A stretch of 64,000 bases of DNA, from assembly GCF_009914755.1 (NCBI RefSeq), contig NC_060940.1; one strand, 5' to 3'. Position 1 is the first letter of the stretch, and each line of letters opens with the position of its first letter. A program made the translations under genes and the position numbers. The notes under the pieces are model-generated. The model ran no database searches. It was not told where the DNA came from and was given only the letters and a program-made list of their open reading frames with translations. Source of the stretch: the human T2T-CHM13v2.0 reference genome, Homo sapiens. Positions 1-19,952 of the stretch are shown here, one piece after another.

Positions 1-1353
1 ATTGCATTATTTCTTCATTCTGCACGATGTCCGGGAACAGAGTTGCATTTTTCATGAGTATTGTTTCATGGATTGAGAACATGAATTTCACACCTGCACT
101 TTTAGCCATGTGCAGAGACCTTGAGTAGAGCATGTCTGGACCTCATCTACACTATCTCTCATGCCCCAAGGGAAAGAGTGGAGACTTGACTGACAGCAAA
201 CTTTGGGGAATTAATGAACGTTAATATTTTCTTATAGACTAATAAACATATTGGGCTAGAAGATCTACTCAATGGGAAAAGTAAGGTTTTAGTTATCCCT
301 GTTGAAAGTTTTTTTTTTTTTTCATTTATTTTGCTGCATTTGAAAAGCTGGTGATCTTAACATTGCCTATATTTTTAATAATCTTAAGATTTTTTAGTTT
401 TTATGTTTTGTTAGGGATCAGGCAATGGAAGATGCATATTTATAGATGAAACTTACAATATAAGGTAAATATTGACTTACTAATAGTTATGCGAGAATAT
501 TTATTTGATCCCAATTTTATATAGTTGAGTGTGTGAAGTTGCAGGTCAAGATAACTTGGAGTTTCAACACCAAGTTTTATTCATGTGTTCATTCATGAAC
601 AGGATGCCTCCAATGTGGAGAAATTTACAATGAATAAGCATGAATAGGACCTGGCCAGTGAGCTTTCAGTCTAGCAAGGAATGTAGAACAGGAACATAGC
701 AACTCTAATCCAATGTAGAGAGAGAGACAATTTTAAATCCAATTGAAAAATAAATAGCTGTGTTAGACTGAGGCCATCAAATAAAGCTTCATGCAATAAG
801 TAGCAATAGGTCTTCAAAGATGACAGTTTAGCAAAAGGCACAAAGATGAAAAGTGCAGAGCATTAAGTAGTGTATGGTTTAGTGTGCTGGAAATAACAGG
901 TTGGACAAGAGTTGTGACTAGGATAAACAGCAAAAAGGATTTATGAGAGCCTGATGGCCACTAGTGACTGGGTAAGATGTGTACACTTTCTGTGCAGGAA
1001 AAGGGACAAAGCTTTTGAGCAGCAGAGAAACATGATCAGAGGGATGCATGAGGAAGGTCCTGAAAACCCTAATGAGTAATCTTGGTTAAACCATTGCACT
1101 ATAACTCAAGTTTTGCATGTATATACTATAATAGAAACAACATTTGTGCTCTTCCCATATGTAGAGAGGTCAAAAGAAAATCTGTTCATATAATCTTCCA
1201 AGCCAGTCACAAAGACTAAGACAAAACACTTACATAAATAAAATTCATAAGATGAATTTTAAAAGATGAAAGATAGTCAATACATTTTATTTTATAACTT
1301 GGAAATTTAAACTCCTGAAAATATACCTTAATTTAAAATACGGAGGAAAGGAA

Positions 1354-1978
1354 CAAAATCAATGTGCAAAAATCACAAGCATTCTTATACACCAATAACA
1401 GACGAACAGAGAGCCAAATCATGAGTGAACTCCCATTCACAATTGCTTCAAAGAGAATAAAATACCTAGGAATCCAACTTACAAGGGACGTGAAGGACCT
1501 CTTCAAAGAGAACTACAAACCACTGCTCAATGAAATAAAAGAGGACACAAACAAATGGAAGAACATTCCATGCTCATGGGGAGGAAGAATCAATATCGTG
1601 AAAATGGCCATACTGCCCAAGGTAATTTATAGATTCCAATGCCAACCCCATCAAGCTACCAATGACTTTCTTCACAGAATTGGAAAAAACTATTTTAAAG
1701 TTCATATGGAACAAAAAAGGGCCCGCATTGCCAAGTCACTCCTAAGCCAAAAGAACAAAGCTGGAGGCATCACGCTACCTGACTTCAAGCTGTGCTACAA
1801 GACTACAGTAACCAAAACAGCATGGTACTGGTACCAAAACAGAGATATAGACCAATGGAACAGAACAGAGCCCTCAGAAATAATGCCGCATATCTACAAC
1901 CATCTGATCTTTGACAAATCTGACAAATACAAGAAATGGGGAAATGATTCCGTATTTAATAAATGGTGCTGGAAAAAC
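1354..1978 (+). mobile_element. L1PA internal ORF2 fragment (no 3' end, no poly-A)
   Basis: ORF 1364-1990 is L1 ORF2 ([11 protein letters not shown]...[26 protein letters not shown]...[16 protein letters not shown]) with frameshifts. Confidence 0.92.
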
Positions 1979-2245
1979 TATTATAATTGATAAAAAATTC
2001 TGTAAATTTGCAGAATACAACACCTACATACAAAAATTGGTGGCATTGCTAAATGCAAACAGCAAAAAATCAATAAAGCATTTTGTTTATAATAGCTAAA
2101 AATTATATTTCATATTACCAAATAAGTGAAAGATTTCTAAAAGAAAACCAAAAATGATTGATAATAAAATATAAAGCAAACACACACAAATTGAAAATAT
2201 ATCTGAAATATTCCATGTTCATGGTTCAGAAAAATTAATAGTTAT
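1979..2245 (+). mobile_element. Old L1M ORF2 remnant
   Basis: Diverged match to L1 ORF2 (aaattctgtaaatttgcagaatacaa...ttccatgttcatgg). Confidence 0.6.
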
Positions 2246-8325
<6,080 letters not shown>

Positions 8326-10015
8326 TCCCAAGAACACACAGTGAAGGATGGACAGTCTCCTCAATATATGATGTAAAAACTGGACATCCATATGCAAAAG
8401 AAATAAAATTAGACCTTCTCTAACACCATATTCAAAAATAAACTAAAAATGAACATAACCTGAAGCCACAAACTCATAGACCACATGGAAAAAAACTTCC
8501 TGTCATTGATTCAGAAATGATTTCTTTGAATTTAATAGAAAAAAGCACAGGAAAAAAACTATGTGCAATTATATATCTGACATAAGTTCTATCCAAAAGT
8601 ATAAATAACTCATGCAACTCAATAGCAAATAACAAATGATCTGATAAAAAGGGCAAAAACTGGATAGGTTTTTCTTCAGAAAACACACACATGGAAAACA
8701 GAGCCTAAAAGGGTTCTCAACATTACTAATTATCAGAGGAATTCAAATCAAAATCATGATGAGATATCACCTCCCACCACTTAAAATGGCTGTTATCAGC
8801 AAGACATATAACACATATTGGCAAGAATGTGCTGAAAAGGGAATCCTTTTAGGGTGTGGTAGGATTGGTTACTCAATAAATTGAAAAATAAAGCTATCAT
8901 ATCATCTGGTGATCCCACTTCTTGTTATTTATTCAAAGAAGTAAAATTACTATGTTAAACACATGCTGATTGTAAGATTATTTATAATAGTGTAGATTTG
9001 TAAAAGAATTTAATGACCATAGATTGATGAATGTATAAAGAAAATGTGTATACATAAAACTGAATTTTATTCAGCTTTGAAAAGAAGGAAATTCTGACAT
9101 TTGCAACAACATGGATGGGCCTGGAGGACATGATGCTAAGTGGGATAAGCCAGATGCAGAAAGACAAATGCTGCATGATCTCATTTACATGTGGGATCTA
9201 AAATACCCAAGCTCTTGAAAGCAGAGAGTAAAATAATGGGTCCCAGGATGCGGGAGGAGAGGGAAATTGGGTGATGTTTAAAGTGTACAGAATTTCAGGT
9301 GTGCAGGTTGAATGAGTTCTGGAGATCTAATGTACAGCAATGTTCCTGTATTTAATACTGTGTTATAAAAGTGATTTTTGCTGAAAGGGTAGATCTTAGA
9401 TATTCTCATCTCACACACACACACACTCCATTTAAAAAAAAATGTATGTGAGATGATAGATACACAAATTACCTTGATCATGATGAGCATTTTACAATGT
9501 GTATCTGATATGGTTTGCAACTTGTCCTGGCCTGAATCTCGTGTTGTATTATAATCCTCAATCCTGAAGCTGGGACCCAGTGGGAGAGGCTTGGGTCAGG
9601 GGGTGGGTCTTTCATGAATGGTTTAGCACCGACTCTTGGTGCTGTTCTCATAATATTGTGTGAGTTATCATAAGATCTGTTTGTCTAACTGTGTAGACCT
9701 CCCTCTCTTCCTGTGGCCCCTGCTCTGGCCATGTGACGTGTCTACTACTATTTGTCTTCTGCTATGGTTCTAACTTTCCTGAGTATCACCAGAAGGAGAA
9801 GCCACTACACTTCCTGTACAGTCTGCAGAAAAATGAGCCAATTAAGCATCTATTTTTTTGTTTCAAATTACTCAGTCTCAGGCATTTCTTTATAGCAGTG
9901 TGAGACTGGACTAACACAATATCAAAACATGAAGTGGTGCACCTTAAACATATACATTTAAAAATATTTCAGTTGTACCTCAGTAAAACTGAAAAAATTA
10001 AAGTTACTTTTATAA
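8326..10015 (+). mobile_element. Old L1M 3' region, interrupted by an MST LTR
   Basis: L1M 3' motifs (gacatttgcaacaacatggatgggcctggaggac, gaatgagttctggagatctaatgtacagca). Confidence 0.75.
9506..9918 (+). mobile_element. MaLR solo LTR (MST-like)
   Basis: tgatatggtttg...gactaacaca termini; TSD gtatc/atatc. Confidence 0.82.
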
Positions 10016-10019
10016 TAAA

Positions 10020-11715
10020 TAAATACCATGCTCATGGATAGGAAGAATCAATATTGTTAAAATGGCCATACTGCCCAAAGCAATTTATACAGTCAATGCT
10101 ATTCCCATCAAGCTACCATTGACTTTCTTCACAGAGCTAGAAAAAACTACCTTAAACTTCATGTGAAACTAAAAACAGCCCGTATAGCCAAGACAGTCCT
10201 AAGCAAAAAGAACAAAGCTGAAGGCATTATGCTACCTGACTTCAAATTATACTATAAGGCTACAGTAACAAAAACAGCATGGTACTGGTACCAAAACAGT
10301 TATATAGACCAATGGAACAGAACAGAGGCCTCAGAAATAACACCACACATCTACAACCATCTGATCTTCAACAAACCTGACAAAAACAAGCGATGGGGAA
10401 ATGATCCCTATTTAATAAATGGTGCTGGGAAAACTGGGTAGCCATATGGAGAAAACTGAAACTGGATCCTTTCCTTACACCTTATACAAAAATTAACTCT
10501 AGATGCATTAAAGACTTAAATGTAAAACCTAAAACCACAAAAACCCTAGAAGAAAACATAGGCAGTATCATTCAGGACATAGGCATGGGCAAAGGCTTCA
10601 TGACTAAAACACCAAAAGCAATTACAACAAAAGCCAAAATTGACAAGCAGGATCTAATTAAACTAAAGAGCTTCTGCACAGCAAAAGAAACTATCATCAG
10701 AATGAACAGGCAACCTACAGAATGGGAGAAAATTTTTGCAATCTATCCATCGACAAAGTTCTAATATCCAGAATCTACAAGGAACTTGAACAAATTTACA
10801 AGAAATAAAACCAAACAACCCCATCAAAAAGTGGGTGAAGGACATGAACAGACACTTCTCAGAAAAAGACATTTATGCAGCTAACAAACATATGAAAAAA
10901 AAAGCTCATTATCACTGGTCATTAGGGAAATGCAAATCAAAATCACAATGAGACACCATCTCATGCCAGTTAGAATGTTGATCATTAAAAAGTCTGGAAA
11001 CAACAGATGCTGGTGAGAATGTGGAGAAATAGGAACACTTTTACACTGTTGGGGGGAGTGTAAATCAGTTCAACCATTGTGGAAGACAGTGTGGAAATTC
11101 CTCAAGGATCTAGAACGAGAAATACCATTTGACCCAGCAGTCCTATTACCGGGTATATACCCAAAGGGTTATAAATCATTCTACTATAAAGACACATGCA
11201 CATGTATGTTTATTGCAGCACTATTTACAATAGCAAAGATGTGGAACCAACTCAAATGTCCATCAGTGATAGACTGGATGAAAAAATATGGCATATGTAC
11301 ACCATGAACTACTATTCAGCCATAAAAAAGAATGATTTCAGGTCCTTTGCAGGGACATGGATGAAGCTGGAAGCCATCATCCTCAGCAAACTAACACAGA
11401 AACAGAAAACCAAACACCACATGTTCTCACTCATAGGTGGGAGTTGAACAATGAGAACACATAGACACAAGGAGGGGAACATGACACACTGGGATATGTC
11501 GGGGAGAAAAAGCATTAGGAAAGGGGAGGGAGAGCATTAGGACAAATAACTAATGCACGAGGTACATCAAACTTAGATGACAGATTGATAGGTGCAGCAA
11601 ACCACTATGGCACATGTATACTTATGTAAGAAACCTACATGTTCAGCACATGTATCCCAGAACTTAAAGTAAAATTTAAAATAGAAATAAATAGTAATCA
11701 AAAATAAAAAAAGAA
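10020..11715 (+). mobile_element. 5'-truncated L1PA 3' end (~1.7 kb) with A-rich tail
   Basis: ORF2 C-terminal pieces (ORFs 10163, 11077, 11196); 3' end cccagaacttaaagtaaaa plus A-tail. Confidence 0.94.
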
Positions 11716-13572
11716 ATACATACTTCATATTTTCTTAACAAAAATGAAACAATATAGGAAAACCTACACTAATATATTTGAAACAGCTTTGCCTATAATA
11801 TTCATAAAATGGAAACAAATTTAAAGTACATCAACAGGAAAATAAATCAAAATATTCTCATTTATTTACTTAATGGACTGACTCAGATATAAAATCTTTC
11901 TCCTTCCTCTCTCTCTCTCCATACGTACGTGAAAACTTTGAGGTTTCATATCAGAGTCAGTCTACGAATTGAATAAATGACAATATGTTGATCTAATTTT
12001 ATACATTAAATAGTATGAATTAATCTCAAAAATATCAAAGCCCCTTTCAAAAAAAAGGTCTATAATGTTTGATTCCATTTATATAAAGTTCAAAACAGAA
12101 AAAAAATGGATCTGTAGTGTCAGAAATCAAAACATTTCCCCTTGCAGGAGTTGACCGCAAGAACAGGGAAAACCCGCGATGTGGGGATGGACTTGTTCTT
12201 CAGCTACCTTAGGTATTGAGAACAAGGGTATTCACATTTGCCAGAAACTCTCTAGTGATACATTTCAGATCTATGCATATTTTATTATATGTAAATTTTA
12301 TCTCATAAAAACAAAAAATAAAAAACTGTAGAATAGTTTAAAATTCAGTAAATAATAAAATTAATATTAAAACCCTATCCAAAATATGAACATTATTATA
12401 TGAATTAATAAAATGCATTCAAGTATATGTACTAAAATTAAATCCCAGAAATCAAAAAGACAAAGGTAACATCTTAAACTTAATAATTAATATGCATGCA
12501 TTTCATAGAGAAGAAAAAAAGTCAAGACATGAGGAACATATATTCCTTTTTTCCAATCAAATGTAATTAAATTATTTATACAATATTTTAACCTGTGTCA
12601 TTAGTATAAATTACTAATATTTTGTGTGATATTACAACTGATAACAACTTTTAAAGAAAAAAAAGATGCTTGAGAGCACGTGAACTAAATTGAATGTATT
12701 CTCAAAGTTGGTCCAACTATTACACTTCAAAGTTCTAATAATACCCTGGTTTGAGTGGGACTTTCAAAAAATTAATTTTAAGAGATAAATTTAAAAAATA
12801 AACTGATAATCTGTAATAAAGAGAAATCAGCATTCCATATCAGAGAAAAATGAAAATTTGCAATACATGTAAAGTCCTGAGAAGAAACCTTGAAGCACGG
12901 AAAGGGTCTCATGTATAGTAGGTTGTAATACGTCTATTGTTAAAATTATCACCTTTATGTTGTTTTGAAAAATTAAAGCTAAGCATAATGAAATTAATGT
13001 TTTTGTGCTCATCTGGTATAACAGCATGTTGAGAAAATGGAAGAGCCCTGTAACCCTGAGGAGGTGGCTTAATCCAAGGAGAGGCATCAGATTTAAAAAT
13101 ATATAATTAAAATTTCATTGAAAATGGAGAAAGTTTGGTTGTATATATTTATGGGGCACAAAGCTATGTTATGGTTTGTGAATGCAATATGGAATAATTG
13201 AATCGAGTTAATTCACATATATATTACCTCAAATCGTCAAATCCTTATCTTTTATGTGACAAGAACATTTGTAATTTTTTCTTGACTATTTTAAAATGAC
13301 GAATACACTATGTTAAAGCTTAGAAATAGACATCCATTTATGTAAACTATAGAGAACTGTTGAAATCAATTATAGATTACTCTAATTTATATTTAGCTCA
13401 TCATTAAGTTTAATTCTTTAGAAAATATTTTAGAATTATTTTGTTATAATGTTAAATATAAATGACTACACATGTATGTATAGGCTTGTGTATTTACACA
13501 TATGTCTGCAGATGTAAATTAATGTCCCCATAGGTATGTAGTTGCTGGTATGGACAGACATTAATAAAACTA

Positions 13573-13862
<290 letters not shown>

Positions 13863-15081
13863 TATTTATAATATGAGCATGATTATATTGCCAAATATAA
13901 AATAAAATATCATAATGGCAACAATCAATTTTACCTGTCACCTTGACTAGACCGTAGTCTCATCTATTCAATCACACAGTAGCCTAGGTGTTGCTCCCAT
14001 GGCATAATACAGGTGTTAGTGGAGCCTGCCATTATTTTTTCCTAAGTCACGAAGAGTGTTCTAGATAATCTAGTTGGGACTGATTCAAAGACAGCATAAC
14101 AGAAGACGATGGGGCTCCGTGGTGGACGGCAGATGCAGATCTTCCCAGGAATTCCAGCCTGTCTTTCCCGAAGGCCAGTAGTATTGACCTTAAACTGCCT
14201 AGCCAGATTCTACAATTATTGTTACCCAGAGCTCACAGCACAATGGAGTGCCCATCCTCAGCTCTTCTCAAAGTCACAGGTGAGAGTCCAAACTCAGATA
14301 GTGTGAGAAGCACAAGATCAGCTCTACATCAATATCCCATTGGAGAAAACTAGTATTATTCTCTTCATGGCTAATGTCCACTACATTTTCCAAATGCCTC
14401 CATGCACAGAAGACAACAGGAGTGTCCAGACAATGGTGAGTGAGAAAGTCCCCTCAGCCTACCCAGGTCCTGCAGACCCAAGCCCTGGAATTTTGACTAC
14501 AGAAAACACATCTTCTGTTTTCAGGGAAGAGAAGAAGAAAGGGAACTGTGAGAATCAAGTCTACAGAGATGGAAAATGGATCAGCAGAAAGAGGGTCAGC
14601 TGAATCAGTCTGAGTCAGATGGGCACAGTTTTACAAGTTGAGAGGGGACAGCTGTGAAAACCATCAGGTTTTAAGGACCCTGACCCTGGGTGAGCCTCTC
14701 TCTTGGCTCCCATCAGAGCTCAAGGCCTGTTCTAATCAGAGATTCCCATGGAGGTCTCTGCTCTGAGTCTAATTGGAAAACACTCTCCAGGTTTCCCTGA
14801 GATTCCTCAGGACTCTCATCCTGACCATGAAAGGATTATTTCTGCCCCCAAAGTGACACCCTGGCTTCTGTGGAGGTGAGGGTGTTTCCTCTTGTTACAA
14901 AAACAAAGGAACAAAAAAAAACGTTTTACATTTAGAGACATCAAATGTTAATATAGAATTGTAAATCTGGAGAAGTTCCCTGGGGAAATTTGACGATGAG
15001 GCTGCCCCAGGCCATGACAGAAAGCCAGCCCTCAGCAGCACCTGCACCTGCCCTGGAGACAGCCCCGTGCACAGTGTCCTG

Positions 15082-15095
15082 GCGCCCCCTGGTGG
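15082..15095 (-). promoter_or_regulatory. RSS-proximal CTCF-binding element
   Basis: Minus strand reads CCACCAGGGGGCGC (CTCF core consensus), 21 bp 3' of the IGHV3 nonamer. Confidence 0.85.
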
Positions 15096-15116
15096 TCTCT
15101 GGGACCCTTTCAGGGA

Positions 15117-15155
15117 GGTTTGTGCCTGGGCTCTCACTGACTTCCCCTCGCTGTG
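15117..15155 (-). promoter_or_regulatory. 23-RSS of IGHV3 gene 1
   Basis: Heptamer CACAGCG (15149-15155), 23-bp spacer, nonamer GCACAAACC (15117-15125). Confidence 0.92.
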
Positions 15156-15605
15156 TGTTTCACACAGTAATACACAGCCGTGTCCTCAGCTCTCAAGCTG
15201 TTCATTTGCAGATACGGTGAGTTATTGGCGTTGTCCCTGGAGATGGTGAATCGGCCCTTCACAGAGTCTGCGTAGTTTGTGTAACCACTATCACCACTAA
15301 TGTATGAAATCCACTCCAGTCCCTTCCCTGGAGCCTGGCGGACCCAGCTCATGTAGTGGTTACTGAAGGTGAATCCAGAGTCTGGACAGGACAGTCTCAG
15401 GGACCCCCCAGGCTGTACCAAGCCTCCCCCAGACTCCACCAGCTGCACCTCACACTGGGCACCTGCAAACACAGAGACAACCTGGTCAGAAACTGCCACA
15501 TATATTCACTGCTTATCTCACTCACGTCCTCTCAGTGTCTCTAGTTCGCCATAAATCACCTTTTATAATAGCAACAAGGAAAACCCAGTTCAGCCCAAAC
15601 TCCAT
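15156..15605 (-). CDS. IGHV3OR16-17: IGHV3 subgroup V gene (IGHV3-11-like orphon) with open frame; leader exon 15605-15560, intron 97 bp, V exon 15462-15156
   Basis: [16 protein letters not shown]|[101 protein letters not shown]; GT/AG intact. Symbol from recollection (the OR16-8/-17 paralogues are near-identical). Confidence 0.85.
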
Positions 15606-15706
15606 GGTGAGTCCTCTGTGTTCAGTGCTGATCACCAGATGGAAATTCCTGGGAATTCTGGGGCTGGGGCTCTTCTCCCAGAGTTGCAGGGTCAGGGCTG
15701 GGCTGG

Positions 15707-15739
15707 TTTTTATCAGCAGACGGAGGGCCCTATTTGCAT
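15707..15739 (-). promoter_or_regulatory. VH promoter: octamer plus TATA-like element
   Basis: ATGCAAAT at 15732-15739; GATAAAAA at 15707-15714. Confidence 0.88.
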
Positions 15740-16799
15740 GTCTCCTACTATATAGCAAGCTCTGTGGTGGGACAGCTGAGGAGAGGGCAGTGCCCAGAGA
15801 AGATGAGAGCATCCCAGAAAACATTGGAGGTAATCCTATCTCTCAGGAAAATATAACTTCAGATTATGTGATTGTGCCTTGATGATCAATTAGCAGTCAT
15901 CATCTTATTTAATGTTTACACATTTGCAGAATATATTCAGTGCAAGTGTCAATGTTACATTTGTAGAGAAGATGAATTACATACATAACAGAGCAGTTGT
16001 GCAATGTGTCCAATATCACACATCTGGCCAGAGTTAGCCCTATTACCTGTGTCTGTGCCTCTAAACACTGGAGGAGACTGCTCCCCTGAGACAGCTCCAG
16101 GGCGATGTGGGACATGCCTAGTGAGGTTTTCAGGATGTCCCACCTGTCATAACAACTTTATGTGACTTTGCTTTTTCTAGTGTTTACCTGAAATATGCAA
16201 TCAGTGTTCACATGTGTGTATTTTCAGGAGTCCGTGATTATTCAAGTGTCAATATTCATCTCTTTCTTCCTCTTCCTCAGCCAATATACTCATTTTTTGT
16301 TACTGCTTTATTCAAAAATTCAATCCATAGTGAATTCAAATTTATAGTGTACAATTTGGAAAATGTTGGTATATGTGTACAGCCTTTGAATCAGCACTTC
16401 AATCATGCTATTAGCAATTAAATTAACCTCTAATTTTTTCTCTCACTTCTCTGTAATTTTATTTCACCATCTTGTTACTCTCACCACACTTTTCTCAGAA
16501 AAATTCAGATCTTCTCCATGTTAATTTAGAATAGTTGCATTTTCTACAATTTATACAAATGAAATCACAGGAGATTTACTGTGAATTCTTTAGCTTCCTA
16601 CACTCAGCACAATTATTTGATAATGTCCTCACATTCTTATGTGACTGAGGCATGCCTTGATTTCAATTGTTCATTGTATTTCAGTATATGAATATTTCTC
16701 AAATTGTTTAACAATGCACCAAATAGTGGATATTTGATATTTTGTCTTCGTTTCTGAATTTTATTTAGAAAGCAAATACTAAGCATGGGAATGTAAAAA

Positions 16800-18800
16800 A
16801 AATGAGAAAATGATCTTCTTCTGACCTCATTAATAAGAAACTTGAACAACTACGAAAAATGAACGCTTCAACATATCTGAGTTGATGTCACAGAGAAAAA
16901 AACCCTGAAATCTGAGAAATAAGGGCCTGCAGAGAGAACTAGGGTCCATTTATTAGAGTACCTGGAGCAGGTGCCACTCGTTGTATAGTATTGAAGATAG
17001 GAAAAAGCTAACCTGGAAATGTTTCATGAGTTGTTGAGGATGTGTGTGCTAAGGGTGTGAGAGTGTGAAACTCCCGGCACTTGCAGGCTTTTCCTACAGA
17101 ATTGGGGAAATACCCAGACAAGTCACCCACCTGCTGTACTGTGGTGTTGACTGGGGAGGAAGAATAGCAGCTGTGTTCAATGCTGAATCCCCCTTCATGA
17201 TATGTGGGAGACATTTATTAAATCTTGTGTCCTTCAGGCACTGGTAGAATCAACTAGAACACAAGGAAACAGAGGACACCAAGGAAACTCTACCCAGAAT
17301 CACCTCCCATCTCTTTCCTGAGGAATGAAGTCCTGAGTCTGTGGGGTAAGGACAGTGGGTCAGAAGCTGAGGACACTGATGAAAAACCACTGTGGCTGGG
17401 AAGAGACACTCTGACTTGGAGAAGGGAAGGAACAGGAACACTTGGAAGACCATGCTTCAGAGCCACTCTCACCACCCATAGCTAAGAAGGAGGCTCGGTC
17501 AGAAGGTTGGAGAACATCCCCCTGTGTCCAAGCCCCTTCACCCCACAAACAATCACCAAGTAAAAGTGTCAGCAGGATGCACCTGCCACAGATGAAAGAG
17601 ACAGGCTCTCTCTGGGGAGAGAAATGGGAAGAGCCAAACCGGGACACAAAAGTGGGTATCACTGGAGGAACCTGAACTTTTTGTGAACAGGAGAAGCTGA
17701 CTTCAACTCTGATAGCCGTGGCAACCATACACTTGAAATCCAACCCTGACTAGATTCATAGAAATGTGGTTAATAAAGGCCCAGCAGAATGTAATGTGTG
17801 ATCGTCTCCATGAATAAAATAATAAACACAAGAAAATAAGTTACAAGTGAAATGCAAACTGGAATTCTACATGCATTATATTTTCATTAAAAGTGAAAGG
17901 CAAATAAAATTCTGTCATTAAAAAAAGATCTTGAGACAATTTATTGTCAGCACATTCATGCTTCAGTGCACATTTTAACAAACTTTCTCTGCTAGTAGCC
18001 ATGTGATATACATTCAAAACATAAATCTATACGAAGAAATTAAGACTGTACAAAATGAGAAAATCAAGATGAAGTACAGTTTTTATCTTTGTAATTGCTA
18101 TATTATATAACTGTAAAAGGAATAAAAAATTACATATTATATTTTATAGCATATGTAAGTGCAAACTGGGAATAAACAAGAAAGAGTGGTGAGAAGGAGG
18201 AATTCAAAGCACACAGTTACACTGTCTCTGTTCTTCATATCAAGGCCATCACAGTATCTGCATTAGAATCTAATTATATACAATTCTTATAGAATCTAAT
18301 TGTATACACTTCTTATACAATCTAATTATATACAATTCTTATTGTAAACCTTATGGTAAACAATATAATATTTATAAAAGTGAATTAGATTATATGTTAA
18401 TAGAGAAATAAACGTCATTGTGAAGTGCTAATTTAAACAAGATAACAGAAAAATAATATTAGTTTAAAAATAGAACTTACTATAGTTGATTTAAAAAAAC
18501 AAGCCCCAACTAGAAGCTATGTATTAGAAAATTACAGTACATATTCACAAATGTAAAAACTAAAGATGAGAAAACATGGATTATGAAAATGTTAACCAAA
18601 ATAAATCTATAGTAGCTGTGTAAAGTTAAGAAAAAATAGACATCAAAAAAGACTTTTAGGACTTAACAGGGATATTACATAGGATAAAGTTACCAGTTTT
18701 TTAAAAGATGCCAAAAATACTTAACAAGTATAGAATAGATGAAGAATGCACCATTCTTTGTGATTTACAAAACAAACATGATAAAAGAAGTAAAGATGTC
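16800..18800 (+). mobile_element. Ancient L1M (5'/ORF1/start of ORF2) remnant
   Basis: Diverged L1 endonuclease-region-like sequence (aaacaagccccaactagaagctatgt, gggatattacataggataaag); boundaries approximate. Confidence 0.5.
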
Positions 18801-18832
18801 AGTGAGACCGTGCACGTAAGGGTGCATGTAAA

Positions 18833-19142
18833 AACTTCCTCTTGAATTTCTCCCTGTTGCCACCCACACCAACCCCAGGCCTGGAGTCTGCTGGCCCAAG
18901 CTGATGCTGCAATCTGTGAAGGTGAATCCAGAGTCTTTGCAGGAGGGGCTCAGTGAACCGCTGGGCTGTACAATTTTTCCCCCTCAGACTCCACCAGTGA
19001 ACTTCACATAGGACTTCTGCAAACACAGAGAGAATGGACTGAGAACAGCCGCATGTGGAGCAGCCCCAGCTGGACCTGATTCACAAGGGCCACTAATACT
19101 GAGGGTGATGAGAAGGGAAGCCCAGATCAGTGCAGATCCCAC
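18833..19142 (-). pseudogene. IGHV(III)-type pseudogene, 3'-truncated (IGHV(III)-11-1-like)
   Basis: Leader with GTG start, acceptor ttgcag with exon starting at 19016, tgcaaagactctggattcaccttc (CKDSGFTF), no FR3 or RSS; paralogous to 41910-42335. Confidence 0.8.
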
Positions 19143-19662
19143 GGTGTGGACACTGAGGAAGGGCACACACATGGGATGGCTCCTCACCGGGGCCTGAAGG
19201 AACAGGGGATGAGCTGCCTTTCATGAGGAGGGGAGGGGACATATTTCCATGTCTTTCTTTTTGTGGTCCTGGGTGCACCGCCCGGCATTGCTCATCTGTC
19301 CTCTGTGTCTCCATTTCAGGGAGGGCAGGGTCAAAGGATTCCCGGGTCTGGAGGCACAGGGTTAATCTGCCAATTACTCTTTCTTATTCTCCAGTGTGGA
19401 CACTATTCAGGTATCTTCATAGTAGAAAACATTATCATCAAATACATCCAGTAAGAACATAAAAATACATTTCCAGAGAAAACAGACATCTCTCTGTAAT
19501 CAGTACACTTAGAGCTGGAAACCACTGTTCCTGACCATGTGGCAAAGTTGAGTTACAATGAAAATAATGCAGATCTACACCTTGTTAGGGAGGGGGTTTA
19601 TAATTATCATTATCTGGAGATCACTTTTCACAACATATTTCAACATCAGATATATGGACTTG

Positions 19663-19952
19663 TGTCAGGAAACAGTCAATGTGGACATATGTGTACTTAT
19701 CTGAGTGAAGAGTTCACATGGGGACGTGTTTGCTTGTCTGAGACAAGAGTAAACGTGAGGAAATGTCTGTTTTCTGAGGAAAGAGTAAATGTAAGGACAT
19801 ATGTGGTAGTCTGAGGAAAGAGTCCATGTGGGGACATGTGTGTTTGTCTGATGGAAGAATCCACATGAGTAAAGGTGTGTTTGTCTGACAGAAGAGCCCA
19901 CATGTTGACAGGTGTGTGTACCCATTTGAGGGTAAATGAGCATTCAGGGACA
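19663..19952. repeat. Degenerate ~37-bp tandem repeat (~8 units) upstream of IGHV(III) copy A
   Basis: Unit ~gaggaaagagtccatgtggggacatgtgtgtttgtct. Confidence 0.8.

Noticed and set aside
575-1070. Possible L2 remnants
   Set aside because: Only faint resemblance; boundaries cannot be supported without a profile search.
18795-18835. RAG-type joint at the truncation point of IGHV(III) copy A
   Set aside because: No convincing heptamer/nonamer at the breakpoint; it simply abuts old L1-like sequence.
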